Virus record (IMG/VR): IMGVR_UViG_3300025000_000098
Coordinates: 1-63,357 of that record
Reading direction: 5' to 3' (one strand)
DNA: 63,357 nt
Source: a virus
Taxonomy: Duplodnaviria; Caudoviricetes
The position numbers were made by a program, and so were the translations under genes. Numbering within the stretch: the first letter of the stretch is position 1; every line of letters starts with the position of its first letter. This document shows positions 8,240 to 17,287 of the stretch, one piece after another. The notes beneath the pieces are model-generated. The model was given only the letters and a program-made list of their open reading frames with translations. It was not told where the DNA came from and did not search any database.

Positions 8240-10039
8240 TCAATCACGCATCCAGCCGTAGCCTGTTCTGGGGGCGAGGTTGCCTGATGTGCGGATACTG
8301 CCGTGGTAGTATGGGCCGAAGAATCCTTCTCTGATAAAGTCGTTCACTGGGCTGGGCATGATTCTACTATCCCAGTTGTAACGATTCTGCGCCCTGGCCA
8401 AGGCAATAAATGCGTCAAGCGTGGCGGTCTCGCCTATTGAGGTCATATAGGTTTCGACCGACCTCGTGGTATCAGGAAACGTAGCTTGCTCAAACCTGGA
8501 AGTATCACCTGTACCAGCGGCCCACTCAGCATTGGTTTTAATATCTGCGTTAAGATAAAACCACGTATCCGCTGTTTTGGTCATGTGGTACTGGTTTCCT
8601 GTAAACGTTACACCGGAGATACTTGCCAATGTTTCAGCATCGACTATATATTTACCTGTCGAGTCGATAGATATTTTATTGCCAGTTAATTCTCCTGTAG
8701 GAGTAAACGAGTTATCTGAGTCAGCATATATTTGGAAAAAATCAGCATTTTTAACATTCCAGATAACATTATTTCTATAGCTGTTACCTCGGTGTGAAAA
8801 CCCGTTGCTGAGAAATTTTGTATCCAGAGTTGCGTCTGTCTGGTGAATCATCAGATTATTATAGAAATCACCGCTATCAACATTCCAGTTGTAGAAAACC
8901 CACGCAATCTCTCTACCTGTGATATTCGACATCCCTGGAGAATGAAAAACATTATTAAAGACCTGCGGATTATAGTGGCCGTGTTGCAAATGCTGGTCGG
9001 ATGCGCCGATTGATATAGCAATATCCCCGTCAATAAAAAGGTTGTTTTCTGCAACAAATCCAACAGTAATGGCATCAGGTTCAGGTGGAGCTGAGTTCGA
9101 TTCTTTTATGCTGTTGCTGCTCGGGCGTGCAAAGATATTGTTCCTTATTGCAAGATTATCACTGAGGGTCACGTATAAATTGTGGTTATACGGCGTTGCT
9201 TCCCCCGCCACAACCGGCTCTGTATTGTCTGATACGTTTAACCAGCCATTGTGATCGAAAATGTTTTCCTCAATAATAAAATCCCTAACGTACATTAAAA
9301 ATAAACCCTGCGAGTGGGCTGTTGATCCAGAATAGTTATTCAAAAATGTATTGCGCCGCAGAGTAAAATCTGAAATAGCTCCTTTGTCATAAGCCTGAAT
9401 TGCATTATCTTTAAAAAACCTGAACGAACATCCCTCTATCAATACCGAGTGCATTACCCTGCCAGGCCCAGCATACCACCAAAGCCCTTGGAAATTTGTG
9501 CCATTCACATAATCAGGCGAAGCCGGATCACGGACAGAGGCGTAAAAACTAATCCCAGATATCGCAAAATATTGTGTATCCAAGCTGGATGTCGTCCGTC
9601 CAAATACCTGCGAGTCGTAAACGGATGGAGGTTTAAACACAGGCATATCGCCGAGGCCATATGCGGCTATAACGGCAGGTTCGCTCTCGCTTTTACCGCT
9701 CCTGATCGAGCCAAACGTTACATTGAAGACAGACCCCCGTTTTATTAAAATCCAATCCGGGTCGCCAGTTGCTGTTTTCGATATCGCGGTTGCCATGGTC
9801 GCACACGGAATGACTGTGCCCGCAGGGTTGAAAGGATCAGGCCCCATGGTCTCGCTCGACGTACGATAACTGATACACGTAGTATCATTCCCAGAAACAG
9901 TATCGACATATACAACATCGGTGTCAGCAGATGGAGTGAATATTGTCCACCCGGCTGTGTCTTTTGGTAGATTTAGCTGTCCAGCGTGTGAGACGTGGCA
10001 AAGAAGCACCACGGCTGCAATTTGCAAAAGGACTTTCAT
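8240..10039 (-). CDS. Right-handed beta-helix (pectin-lyase-like) protein with signal peptide
   Basis: Asn-ladder repeats IEENIFDHN, IRNNIFAR, AENNLFID; N-terminal MKVLLQIAAVVLLCHVSHA. Confidence 0.8.
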   Translation of the reverse strand: MKVLLQIAAVVLLCHVSHAGQLNLPKDTAGWTIFTPSADTDVVYVDTVSGNDTTCISYRTSSETMGPDPFNPAGTVIPCATMATAISKTATGDPDWILIKRGSVFNVTFGSIRSGKSESEPAVIAAYGLGDMPVFKPPSVYDSQVFGRTTSSLDTQYFAISGISFYASVRDPASPDYVNGTNFQGLWWYAGPGRVMHSVLIEGCSFRFFKDNAIQAYDKGAISDFTLRRNTFLNNYSGSTAHSQGLFLMYVRDFIIEENIFDHNGWLNVSDNTEPVVAGEATPYNHNLYVTLSDNLAIRNNIFARPSSNSIKESNSAPPEPDAITVGFVAENNLFIDGDIAISIGASDQHLQHGHYNPQVFNNVFHSPGMSNITGREIAWVFYNWNVDSGDFYNNLMIHQTDATLDTKFLSNGFSHRGNSYRNNVIWNVKNADFFQIYADSDNSFTPTGELTGNKISIDSTGKYIVDAETLASISGVTFTGNQYHMTKTADTWFYLNADIKTNAEWAAGTGDTSRFEQATFPDTTRSVETYMTSIGETATLDAFIALARAQNRYNWDSRIMPSPVNDFIREGFFGPYYHGSIRTSGNLAPRTGYGWMRD

Positions 10040-10794
10040 AATCCACTCACAGGATATACATAAATATCGTTGAGGTATGCCGGGTTGGTAATAGTAGGAG
10101 ACAAAGCCCGGACATACGTTGGATTTACCGTAAAAGCTGTAACAGGGGTGGTATCCTCATCAACTTGCCATGCATTATCCCCAACCTTCACCGCTATCTG
10201 GTTATTAGCAACAGACCATCTGGCGCGAATTACTGTAGGGGTTGCTGCTGATACACTGGCGGTGGACGCCATGTTGACAATTTGAGTGCCATTGCCGCCT
10301 ATATGTAGGAATGTAATTTTACCAGTAGAGTTGGCGGCTAGAGTAATTTCATCGTTTGTAGCTATAGTTCTGACTATGCTGTTTCCGCCTGAAATTGCAC
10401 CAAAATACACGGTTACGACAATTTCACCCTCACTGCCGTTGATGAGTTCGCTAGCCGATCCTGACCATAGTACCTGTTGGCTATTTGCTGTTCCTTTGGC
10501 TACAATACCACCGGACCCTCCGAAACTCGCTGCCGGATCTGAAGCGCTATCTACGAATGTCACACCGGTAACTGACGGGGTAACAGTTCCGGATATTTTA
10601 CACCCGATACTGTTTCCAGTTGTGTGTTCGCCAGTCCACATAAAACTGGCTGTGCCTATGTTTGAGCAGTCTGTGTAGACTGGACTGCCCCCCACAGGCG
10701 CACTCGCAGTAACCCCAGCAATAAACCCCGGAGGGAATGCCCACGCCTGAGACGAGACGAAGCAAAGCAGTATCGTAATGAAAAGTTTTCTCAT
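10036..10794 (-). CDS. Exported beta-sandwich (LamG-like) protein
   Basis: Signal peptide MRKLFITILLCFVSSQAWA; beta-rich Gly/Ser/Thr composition. Confidence 0.65.
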   Translation of the reverse strand: MRKLFITILLCFVSSQAWAFPPGFIAGVTASAPVGGSPVYTDCSNIGTASFMWTGEHTTGNSIGCKISGTVTPSVTGVTFVDSASDPAASFGGSGGIVAKGTANSQQVLWSGSASELINGSEGEIVVTVYFGAISGGNSIVRTIATNDEITLAANSTGKITFLHIGGNGTQIVNMASTASVSAATPTVIRARWSVANNQIAVKVGDNAWQVDEDTTPVTAFTVNPTYVRALSPTITNPAYLNDIYVYPVSGL

Positions 10795-10795
10795 A

Positions 10796-11689
10796 TCAGT
10801 TCGCCGCAAATGTTGAGGTTCCGACGGCAACGGCCTTGCACATCCAATCGTAAGCATCAGTCTTGAATGTCCAGCAGGCAAATGACTGGCCAATCTGAGC
10901 CACAGTCATCCTGGCATAGCCGTTGTCTGAGCCTGCCGCTACAGTGCCGTCGGCGGCCAGTAGGTAGATTTTATCAGACGATCCAGCTCTGACTCCCCAC
11001 TTGTTGCTCTGGGCCGTGCCGACATTGAACAGTGCTGTGTACCCAGCCGCAGCAGTAGGCAGAGTGAGCGCTATGTCAGCCGCCGCCTGTCCAGTATTGT
11101 AGACAATGGTTGAGCTTACTTCGGCGGCAGTGAGAGTGTCATCAGCGCTACCGTTTACTTCAACGGCTATCGCTGTCGCTTTCGGTGCAAGTGCCTCATC
11201 CATCTGCTCGTATGTCGGAGCAATTTTTTGCTTGTCGGCTGTCGGTGTGGTGTCGCTGATAATCGGTCTGAGCGGAGTAGCTGTACCTGTGCCTGACCCT
11301 GCACCCGAAGCGGTAAACTCTACTCCTATTGTATTTGCAGATGCGCCGATTGTGGTGAAATCTGTGGTGCCAACCGCTGTAATTACGTAGACAACTCCGG
11401 TTTCAAATGCCCCGGCTGTTTGCTCAGCACCTGTTATGGTTAGGTCAGCGTAGGTAGCGGCGTTGAAGGCTATGTTGATCTTGTTGGCTTTATCTGCCAA
11501 CAGAGCATCTATTTCAGTCTCGGTGTAAAACAGCAACCCCAATTGCGTCTTGTGAGCCGCCCACGTTTGCCAAATCTGAGCAGCGCCGTTCCACCCGTAG
11601 ACCTGATCCGTATCAGTAAAATCGGTCCCGTAAGAGATTGCCGGAATTGCCAGCAACGCGATAATCAATGGCGCGAATATTTTTTTCAT
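10796..11689 (-). CDS. Fibre-like protein with signal peptide
   Basis: RBS GAGGT; MKKIFAPLIIALLAIPAISYG; fibre-type motifs YTETEIDALLA and VGTTDFTTIGASANTIG. Confidence 0.65.
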   Translation of the reverse strand: MKKIFAPLIIALLAIPAISYGTDFTDTDQVYGWNGAAQIWQTWAAHKTQLGLLFYTETEIDALLADKANKINIAFNAATYADLTITGAEQTAGAFETGVVYVITAVGTTDFTTIGASANTIGVEFTASGAGSGTGTATPLRPIISDTTPTADKQKIAPTYEQMDEALAPKATAIAVEVNGSADDTLTAAEVSSTIVYNTGQAAADIALTLPTAAAGYTALFNVGTAQSNKWGVRAGSSDKIYLLAADGTVAAGSDNGYARMTVAQIGQSFACWTFKTDAYDWMCKAVAVGTSTFAAN

Positions 11690-11696
11690 TTTAACC

Positions 11697-13091
11697 TCAT
11701 GCTGGATTGTAAGCTGGTGAGTCATCTGGATTATACATTAAGCTGTCGTCAGGGTTTACTGCCTGTTCTATTTCACTCGGAGGCAACACTTGCACCCCCG
11801 GCACATATTTCAGTATCTCAGCATCCGCGCAGGATTTGTTCCAGATCTGGATCATCCGCACATAGGTTTCATGCAGCGTGCCGAGGAAAATCTGAAAACT
11901 CTCAATCGGGTCAAACTTGCCATCAGAGGTTTCGAGACTGCTCCAAACTATTGACGCATCATCTGGTGACATATCGGGATTGTACAGCCTGCTGCCGACC
12001 TGAAACTGTGTGCCGTCTGCACTCGTCCTCATGCAGACAAGGAGAGGTTCGCCATCATTGACAGAGGCTGCCATGCTGGCGTAGTTTGCTCCTCCATCGT
12101 TACTCACCACCGTCATCGACGACCCTGATTTGGCCATGCCGAGAGGTACATATCCTGCAACTCCATTAGCGGCCATAACTGGGATGTTGAAGGTGTTATC
12201 GGGGAGGTCAGCACCGTTGAATCCGGGAACTATCAAGCAGGCCACGGTCATAACTGCCTTACCGAAAACAGCAGATGTTCCTATGGTTTTCGCATACGGC
12301 ATCAGCGAGCCAGTGCGAGTTAGATTCTCCCTCGTCATTGCAAACGTCCGAGCAGACTGTCCTACATATTTGATGACGCTGAAACTCGTTCCAGCACCTG
12401 TAGCTGCGCGAGAGGTTGAAACTCTGTAGACACTGCCGGAAACAAGCTCCACTGTGGCAGGGGTAGTAATGAAGGTTGAGTTCATCACAAAACCGAAATC
12501 TCCGGTACTGCTGGATGTCCCAACAACAGGCGCACCGCCGTCATCCATGCGAATGTAGACAGAGAAAATCTGTGCCGTAGCTACATTATCCACCGGCTGC
12601 GAGGCGTATCTCTGAACCGAGTTGTTACCGAAAACCACAACATTATCAGCAAATGCGGCCATCTCGCCGCTTGCTGCTGCAATGGATACATTCAGGTTTG
12701 AAGGTACGTGCGCCAGTAAGCTCGGTTCTGAATATGGAATAAACTGTGTATAAATCCCAGAACCGAGCGCAGCCAGTTCCGCCTCGGTCATGACCTTGCT
12801 GATCTCCTGCCCCGCTGCAACCTGCCCGCCGATACCCCAGAGATAACCTTCAGGGGAGAAATAGACGTGCGGGCCGGGTGAGTCTACGCCGTCTCGGTCT
12901 GGGGTGTCGGCTGTCTCGCTGTAAGTGAGAGGGTCTCCCTTGCGAGGGCGAAGGGCGTTGGTGTCTATGACTGTCGGAGAGAGGGAGTAATAGTAGAGCA
13001 GGTCTGCTGGATACGGCGAAGCGGCCGGAGAGAGCGGCCCCCCACCAGCCGCAGAGAAAACGTCAGCAAAGGGGTTGTAGAACTTACTCAC
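11697..13091 (-). CDS. Putative virion or receptor-binding protein
   Basis: About 464 aa, beta-rich, likely GTG start at 13091. Confidence 0.6.
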   Translation of the reverse strand: MSKFYNPFADVFSAAGGGPLSPAASPYPADLLYYYSLSPTVIDTNALRPRKGDPLTYSETADTPDRDGVDSPGPHVYFSPEGYLWGIGGQVAAGQEISKVMTEAELAALGSGIYTQFIPYSEPSLLAHVPSNLNVSIAAASGEMAAFADNVVVFGNNSVQRYASQPVDNVATAQIFSVYIRMDDGGAPVVGTSSSTGDFGFVMNSTFITTPATVELVSGSVYRVSTSRAATGAGTSFSVIKYVGQSARTFAMTRENLTRTGSLMPYAKTIGTSAVFGKAVMTVACLIVPGFNGADLPDNTFNIPVMAANGVAGYVPLGMAKSGSSMTVVSNDGGANYASMAASVNDGEPLLVCMRTSADGTQFQVGSRLYNPDMSPDDASIVWSSLETSDGKFDPIESFQIFLGTLHETYVRMIQIWNKSCADAEILKYVPGVQVLPPSEIEQAVNPDDSLMYNPDDSPAYNPA

Positions 13092-13401
13092 TGATTTCCA
13101 CCAGGGCGACGCCGATGGTGGCACCTACAGACTCAGTCTTGACGAACTGCAGCATGACAGGCGATGGGATGGTAAGGGGTTGGGAGGTGGCTGAGATAAC
13201 CACTGCGTCGCCGGCGGCGTCGTAAAGGGGCAGTACTGCCGAGGCTGTGCCATCTGCCGCCAGAGCGGTGACGATGTTGACTGCGATGGTGTTGGCCCCG
13301 AACGGCCCTACTGCGTGGATGGTCTTCGGGAAGGGTCCACGGGTGAGGTGAATAACCTCGGAAGTTTTGGCTGTGGTCTGCGGGTCGATGATAAAGCCCA
13401 T
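13084..13401 (-). CDS. Small virion-type protein
   Basis: RBS AAGGAG; 105 aa beta-rich. Confidence 0.65.
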   Translation of the reverse strand: MGFIIDPQTTAKTSEVIHLTRGPFPKTIHAVGPFGANTIAVNIVTALAADGTASAVLPLYDAAGDAVVISATSQPLTIPSPVMLQFVKTESVGATIGVALVEISE

Positions 13402-13421
13402 GGTATCTCCTTGAAATTACT

Positions 13422-13946
13422 TCAGAAGTTGATCTGTATGTTGATCTGGCCTGTGGATGAAGTATCCGTGCCGGTGTCTTTCGTCGGTTCGAGTTTGCCC
13501 CAGCGCACTACAGATTGAATCGCATTCAACCGGGTGCTGGCTGGGGTCTTGTCGTCTTGGATCATCTCGTCGATGTCCGTCAGGTAAGACTCGGCAAGGA
13601 CCTTGGCTTTGGCGGCAAAGGGCACGCCGTTCTCCCGCACGTCCCGCATGGTCATGGCCAGCTCCCGACGGAATGTAGGGACTGAGGACAGGATGTCGTA
13701 CTCTGCTGGGGTGATGTCGTACCTCTCAAGGATCTCCCCCAAGCCGTCCACACCGATAGCCAGGTCGAGGATCATCCTCGGGTCCCAGGCGTTAGCGGCA
13801 GGAGATTCCGCTTTCAGTGCTTTTTGGACGGCTCGGAGAGAGAGGGGGGAGGGAGGGAGCTGCGGAGACCACGACTCGCTGTCGTCGGAGGAGAATATCC
13901 CCTCGAAGTCTGAGTCCAGCAGGTCGTTGAGAGTAGAGGTATCCAT
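13422..13946 (-). CDS. Putative terminase small subunit
   Basis: First late gene; helical, TPASTRLNA motif, C-terminal INIQINF strand. Confidence 0.55.
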   Translation of the reverse strand: MDTSTLNDLLDSDFEGIFSSDDSESWSPQLPPSPLSLRAVQKALKAESPAANAWDPRMILDLAIGVDGLGEILERYDITPAEYDILSSVPTFRRELAMTMRDVRENGVPFAAKAKVLAESYLTDIDEMIQDDKTPASTRLNAIQSVVRWGKLEPTKDTGTDTSSTGQINIQINF

Positions 13947-13988
13947 ATCACAGGGGATACAACAAAATGTTACATATTGCAAGAGGAA

Positions 13989-14005
13989 AGTATCGGGAGG
14001 TTACT
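13989..14005. promoter_or_regulatory. 17-bp palindromic operator-like site
   Basis: AGTATC-gggag-GTTACT upstream of the terS-like gene; partial site at 13958-13974. Confidence 0.55.
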
Positions 14006-14361
14006 TTTTGTGGTGGTCTGACTTTTATTTACTTCGTTTCTGTACTGGTGAGGTTGTTAGGATTTTTGTTGTTTGGTTTACAACTTTTAGAGGGGGGAGG
14101 TCAAAATTTTTGGTGTTGCTGGGTTTTTACTTTGTGTAGCTTGGTTTACGGTTTTTGGGGTTCTGGGGAGGAAATTTGTCAGGGTTTATGGTAAGTAAGC
14201 GAAATTACATTGTTTTGTCGGATTTTTGGTTTTAGGTGTGTGGGAGCATGAAAGAAGGCACGGCCCCCGCGCAGCACAGCCCCCATCGGCCTTCCTAGAA
14301 AACATCTTTTTCCTGCACACCTGGCGCGCGGACCACATAGAGCTGCAGCACTATAACATTC

Positions 14362-14417
<56 letters not shown>

Positions 14418-14499
14418 ATCCGGGAAGTATCCCCCGAGATACAGTAAACAGAACAACACAAAGAAAACAACTAAAAGTGTAAACGGGCTATCTTTTTAT

Positions 14500-14528
14500 T
14501 TGACATAACGAGTATGCTTTGCTATGAT
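14500..14528 (+). promoter_or_regulatory. Sigma70-type early promoter
   Basis: TTGACA-17-TATGAT with A-rich upstream sequence. Confidence 0.85.
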
Positions 14529-14580
14529 AAGGCATAGGATAAAGAAAGGCTGTAACAAACCTTAACAATGGAGTGAGACT

Positions 14581-14724
14581 ATGACAATAACAAAGAACAT
14601 CAACGGCTACTATGTCATATCCGACATAGTAAGGGGACATCTTTTTACTCGTGTATACGCTGGATACACTAAATGCGAAGCTATACGACTGTTTAAACAG
14701 GACGTTAAAAAGGTAAACTCATGA
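14581..14724 (+). CDS. 47-aa early micro-protein
   Basis: RBS GGAG; MTITKNINGYY...; ATGA overlap with next ORF. Confidence 0.7.
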   Translation: MTITKNINGYYVISDIVRGHLFTRVYAGYTKCEAIRLFKQDVKKVNS

Positions 14725-14801
14725 TACTAGAACTCACTGAACAAGATATCGAGGAAGCTTTACAAGCAATTCAACCTTATTTGATTGAGGCGACGAGATG
14801 A
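14721..14801 (+). CDS. 26-aa acidic micro-protein
   Basis: MILELTEQDIEEALQAIQPYLIEATR; ATGA overlaps at both ends. Confidence 0.6.
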   Translation: MILELTEQDIEEALQAIQPYLIEATR

Positions 14802-14875
14802 AGTACTTCCTGTTAATCCTCTTGTGGAGTTTAGTCCCTGGCTATTATCTTTTAAACGCTTTATTGAATGGGTGA
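14798..14875 (+). CDS. 25-aa membrane micro-protein
   Basis: MKYFLLILLWSLVPGYYLLNALLNG; RBS GAGG. Confidence 0.6.
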   Translation: MKYFLLILLWSLVPGYYLLNALLNG

Positions 14876-14879
14876 TGAA

Positions 14880-14999
14880 ATGAAAACAACCTTGATCCGA
14901 TCCGCCTTGAAAAAGCTTCTTAAACAATCCGGTTACTACCGGTTATCCGTGCAAGCTCGCTTGCATCTGGTTCACTATTATATATTTGAGGTGCGCTAA
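14880..14999 (+). CDS. 39-aa basic micro-protein
   Basis: MKTTLIRSALKKLLKQSGYYRL...; RBS GGTG. Confidence 0.55.
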   Translation: MKTTLIRSALKKLLKQSGYYRLSVQARLHLVHYYIFEVR

Positions 15000-15127
15000 T
15001 GAGAGACTATGAACAATTATTGATCCCTGACCATTATCTCCCTGAATACATCGACACGCCGGACGACGAGATGGAGCTGGTAATTGAGGAAGACGAGGAA
15101 GTTGTTTACGAATTAAATTTTGATTGA
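14999..15127 (+). CDS. 42-aa highly acidic micro-protein
   Basis: RBS GAGGTG, TAATG overlap; MRDYEQLLIPD...EEDEEVVYELNFD. Confidence 0.65.
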   Translation: MRDYEQLLIPDHYLPEYIDTPDDEMELVIEEDEEVVYELNFD

Positions 15128-15139
15128 AGAGGATAAATC

Positions 15140-15403
15140 ATGGCTGAAAAATACCCAAACCGCTGCACGTTCTATGTATCTCCGAGGATCGAAAACAATG
15201 AACCGATGGGTGATACTCCCTTCTGGAAATGGTTACAGAAAAACAAGCATAAACGGTTTGTTGAAACTTTGAAAGAATACCTTGCCCCGCAGGGCTTTGA
15301 CATTACCAAGCATGTCCTGGAGGAAGATCAGATTGCGAACCATAAATGTACATATGAGCATTTTTGGTGGTGTTATTATGATAAGAAAAAAGGAGGTAAG
15401 TGA
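15140..15403 (+). CDS. Hypothetical early protein
   Basis: RBS GAGGA; 87 aa. Confidence 0.75.
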   Translation: MAEKYPNRCTFYVSPRIENNEPMGDTPFWKWLQKNKHKRFVETLKEYLAPQGFDITKHVLEEDQIANHKCTYEHFWWCYYDKKKGGK

Positions 15404-15612
15404 TTATGAAAACAGGTGATAGAGTAAACACACCGGACGGCCTTGGTACAATCAAAGACGTTGAACAGCTTGAAGACCACAGAGGGTCTGGAAAAATGGT
15501 TTACACTGGCCGGTATGGTGTGCTGCATGATGTGTTCCCGAAAGGCAAACCGCGGCATCTCTACAAAGATGACATACTGTACTACGTAGAGCGGGAACTG
15601 ACTATGATCTAA
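15400..15612 (+). CDS. Small SH3-like-barrel hypothetical protein
   Basis: RBS AGGAGGT; MKTGDRVNTPDGLGTI pattern. Confidence 0.7.
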   Translation: MIMKTGDRVNTPDGLGTIKDVEQLEDHRGSGKMVYTGRYGVLHDVFPKGKPRHLYKDDILYYVERELTMI

Positions 15613-15629
15613 AGTATTGATGGATTGCA

Positions 15630-15654
15630 GGGGATCGACAACGGTCCCTTGTTA
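15630..15654 (+). terminator. Hairpin, possible terminator or processing site
   Basis: GGGATCG-acaa-CGGTCCC followed by TTGTT. Confidence 0.45.
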
Positions 15655-15689
15655 CTGCAGGGAAATTAAAATTTATGGAGGATAAAATC

Positions 15690-15983
15690 ATGGCCGACAG
15701 AATAACCCAAAAAGACCTGGAGCAGATGGTGCGGAGGATAAACGAGACCTTGGGCCGACCTTTGGAGACCTATACCAAAGACGAGGACACAGGGAGGTAT
15801 AAGGCCAATATCGGTAATTTTCACCTGTCCGGCGCGTATGGCGGCGTAGCCCTGGAAGAAATGGAGAGCGAAAGCGGCGGAGTCCGGCGCGTATCCACAG
15901 GCGGCTACGGCACGAAACGCGAACTGTACAGGTGGATGGACGCGTATTTGAGGGGGATCGAGCAGAGCCGGGAGAACGAATAG
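15690..15983 (+). CDS. Hypothetical early protein
   Basis: RBS GGAGGA; 97 aa. Confidence 0.75.
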   Translation: MADRITQKDLEQMVRRINETLGRPLETYTKDEDTGRYKANIGNFHLSGAYGGVALEEMESESGGVRRVSTGGYGTKRELYRWMDAYLRGIEQSRENE

Positions 15984-16220
15984 AGTAACAAAATGTTACA
16001 CTGAATGTATACTCCTGATACACGCCTCGGAAATGCCTAACAAAGTCAGTTTTTAGGGGTGTGTATCAGGATGTTACTAGGTTTTGTATGCGGAGTTACA
16101 ATGGGTCATTTTGACCCACCAAGGGTGCCGTAAAAATGTTGCACCTAGTTGGGAAAAATTCTCAGGGTTGTGTGATTTCACTACTTTTTCGTGTTACTGG
16201 GGGTGTATAGTGACGATACA
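15984..16220. promoter_or_regulatory. Cluster of four 17-bp palindromic sites (candidate origin or control region)
   Basis: Sites start at 15984, 16006, 16062 and 16204 in a ~700-bp non-coding gap. Confidence 0.6.
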
Positions 16221-16631
16221 CTGGAGGGCAAAAAAAGGCAAAAATCGGAAAATTTAGCAGGTCCGGTTTACAGAACTGACAACATGTGTATATAAGGGCG
16301 GAGAGTCGTCTAAAAGTTAGGCGATTTTTGCGGATGCCCAGCGGGATTGGGGTACAGAGGAAAAATGTGCTTTAGTAGTAGTAGATATCTTTTATGAATA
16401 CATATAATAAGACATTTTTTTCTCGTTTTTTCGTGGAGCGCTCCGCCTGCACACCCGCACCCTCCAGAAATTCTCAATTCCTGTCTCTACCTTGAAAAAC
16501 TGTATTATTATACTAGTTGGCGTAGTTCCGTGCTTTTTTGATGATAAAATATGGGCACCCTAACACCACCACACGCTAGTTGCCGGAATTATGGCAGAAA
16601 AACAAAACAGACAACACACGTATATAATCTC

Positions 16632-16660
16632 TTGACAACCCTACTCCATTGCTGTACTAT
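16632..16660 (+). promoter_or_regulatory. Sigma70-type promoter
   Basis: TTGACA-17-TACTAT with TG upstream of the -10. Confidence 0.8.
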
Positions 16661-16702
16661 ACAGACATACAGTAACATAACTTTACATAGGAGAGTAAAG
16701 AC

Positions 16703-17287
16703 ATGGGATCAACCACCTTCACCATCAAATCCTTACCTAAACTGGATAAACTCGCTGAAACCCTGTGCAACTACAACATCCCTTGGGAGATGGTCCGGAC
16801 TGATCGAGAAATAACTTTATCTACCGAAGATCTAAAGCGTGTGCAGGAAGAAATACCGTTGAATATCAGGTTATCTTTTCCACCGTCAGTATTTTCATAC
16901 TGTAACAACCTCGGAGAGAAGGCCGGCGACACCTGGACCCCACAATACTCCCGCTGGAGACACGGCGGATGGTACGTGAACAACGTCAGGCACAAAAGTG
17001 GAGCCTGTGGCTGCGTCAGTAACAATTACGACGACAAAAAGTGGCGGATCGTCTGCGGAGATGAGAACCTTACGTTCTCCACAAGAGACGAGGCTGCAAG
17101 GGCCGAAAAACTGCTTGCCGACGCCAGCAACGAACAAAAAGCAGAGCGCGGCTGGTGGACGCTGACCACTACAGGCGTAACCGAACTTACTGACGCCGAC
17201 CTTGAGCACATTGCCGCCCTTATTAAGGAAGGCTACCAGTCCGGAGAGCTTGTCCATGAGCCAGAAGGGAGGGAGGACTTCGTATGA
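16703..17287 (+). CDS. Hypothetical modular protein
   Basis: RBS AGGAGA; 194 aa. Confidence 0.75.
   Translation: MGSTTFTIKSLPKLDKLAETLCNYNIPWEMVRTDREITLSTEDLKRVQEEIPLNIRLSFPPSVFSYCNNLGEKAGDTWTPQYSRWRHGGWYVNNVRHKSGACGCVSNNYDDKKWRIVCGDENLTFSTRDEAARAEKLLADASNEQKAERGWWTLTTTGVTELTDADLEHIAALIKEGYQSGELVHEPEGREDFV

Noticed and set aside
8240-13091. Diversity-generating retroelement or retron targeting fibre genes
   Set aside because: No reverse transcriptase motifs in any ORF and no template/variable repeat pair noticed
16086-16101. Extra palindrome-like sites at 16086, 14194 and 14426
   Set aside because: Spacing is one base shorter or longer than the 17-bp consensus, so they were not counted
15984-16630. 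tRNA or known riboswitch
   Set aside because: No cloverleaf or T-loop consensus found by eye; covariance search not run
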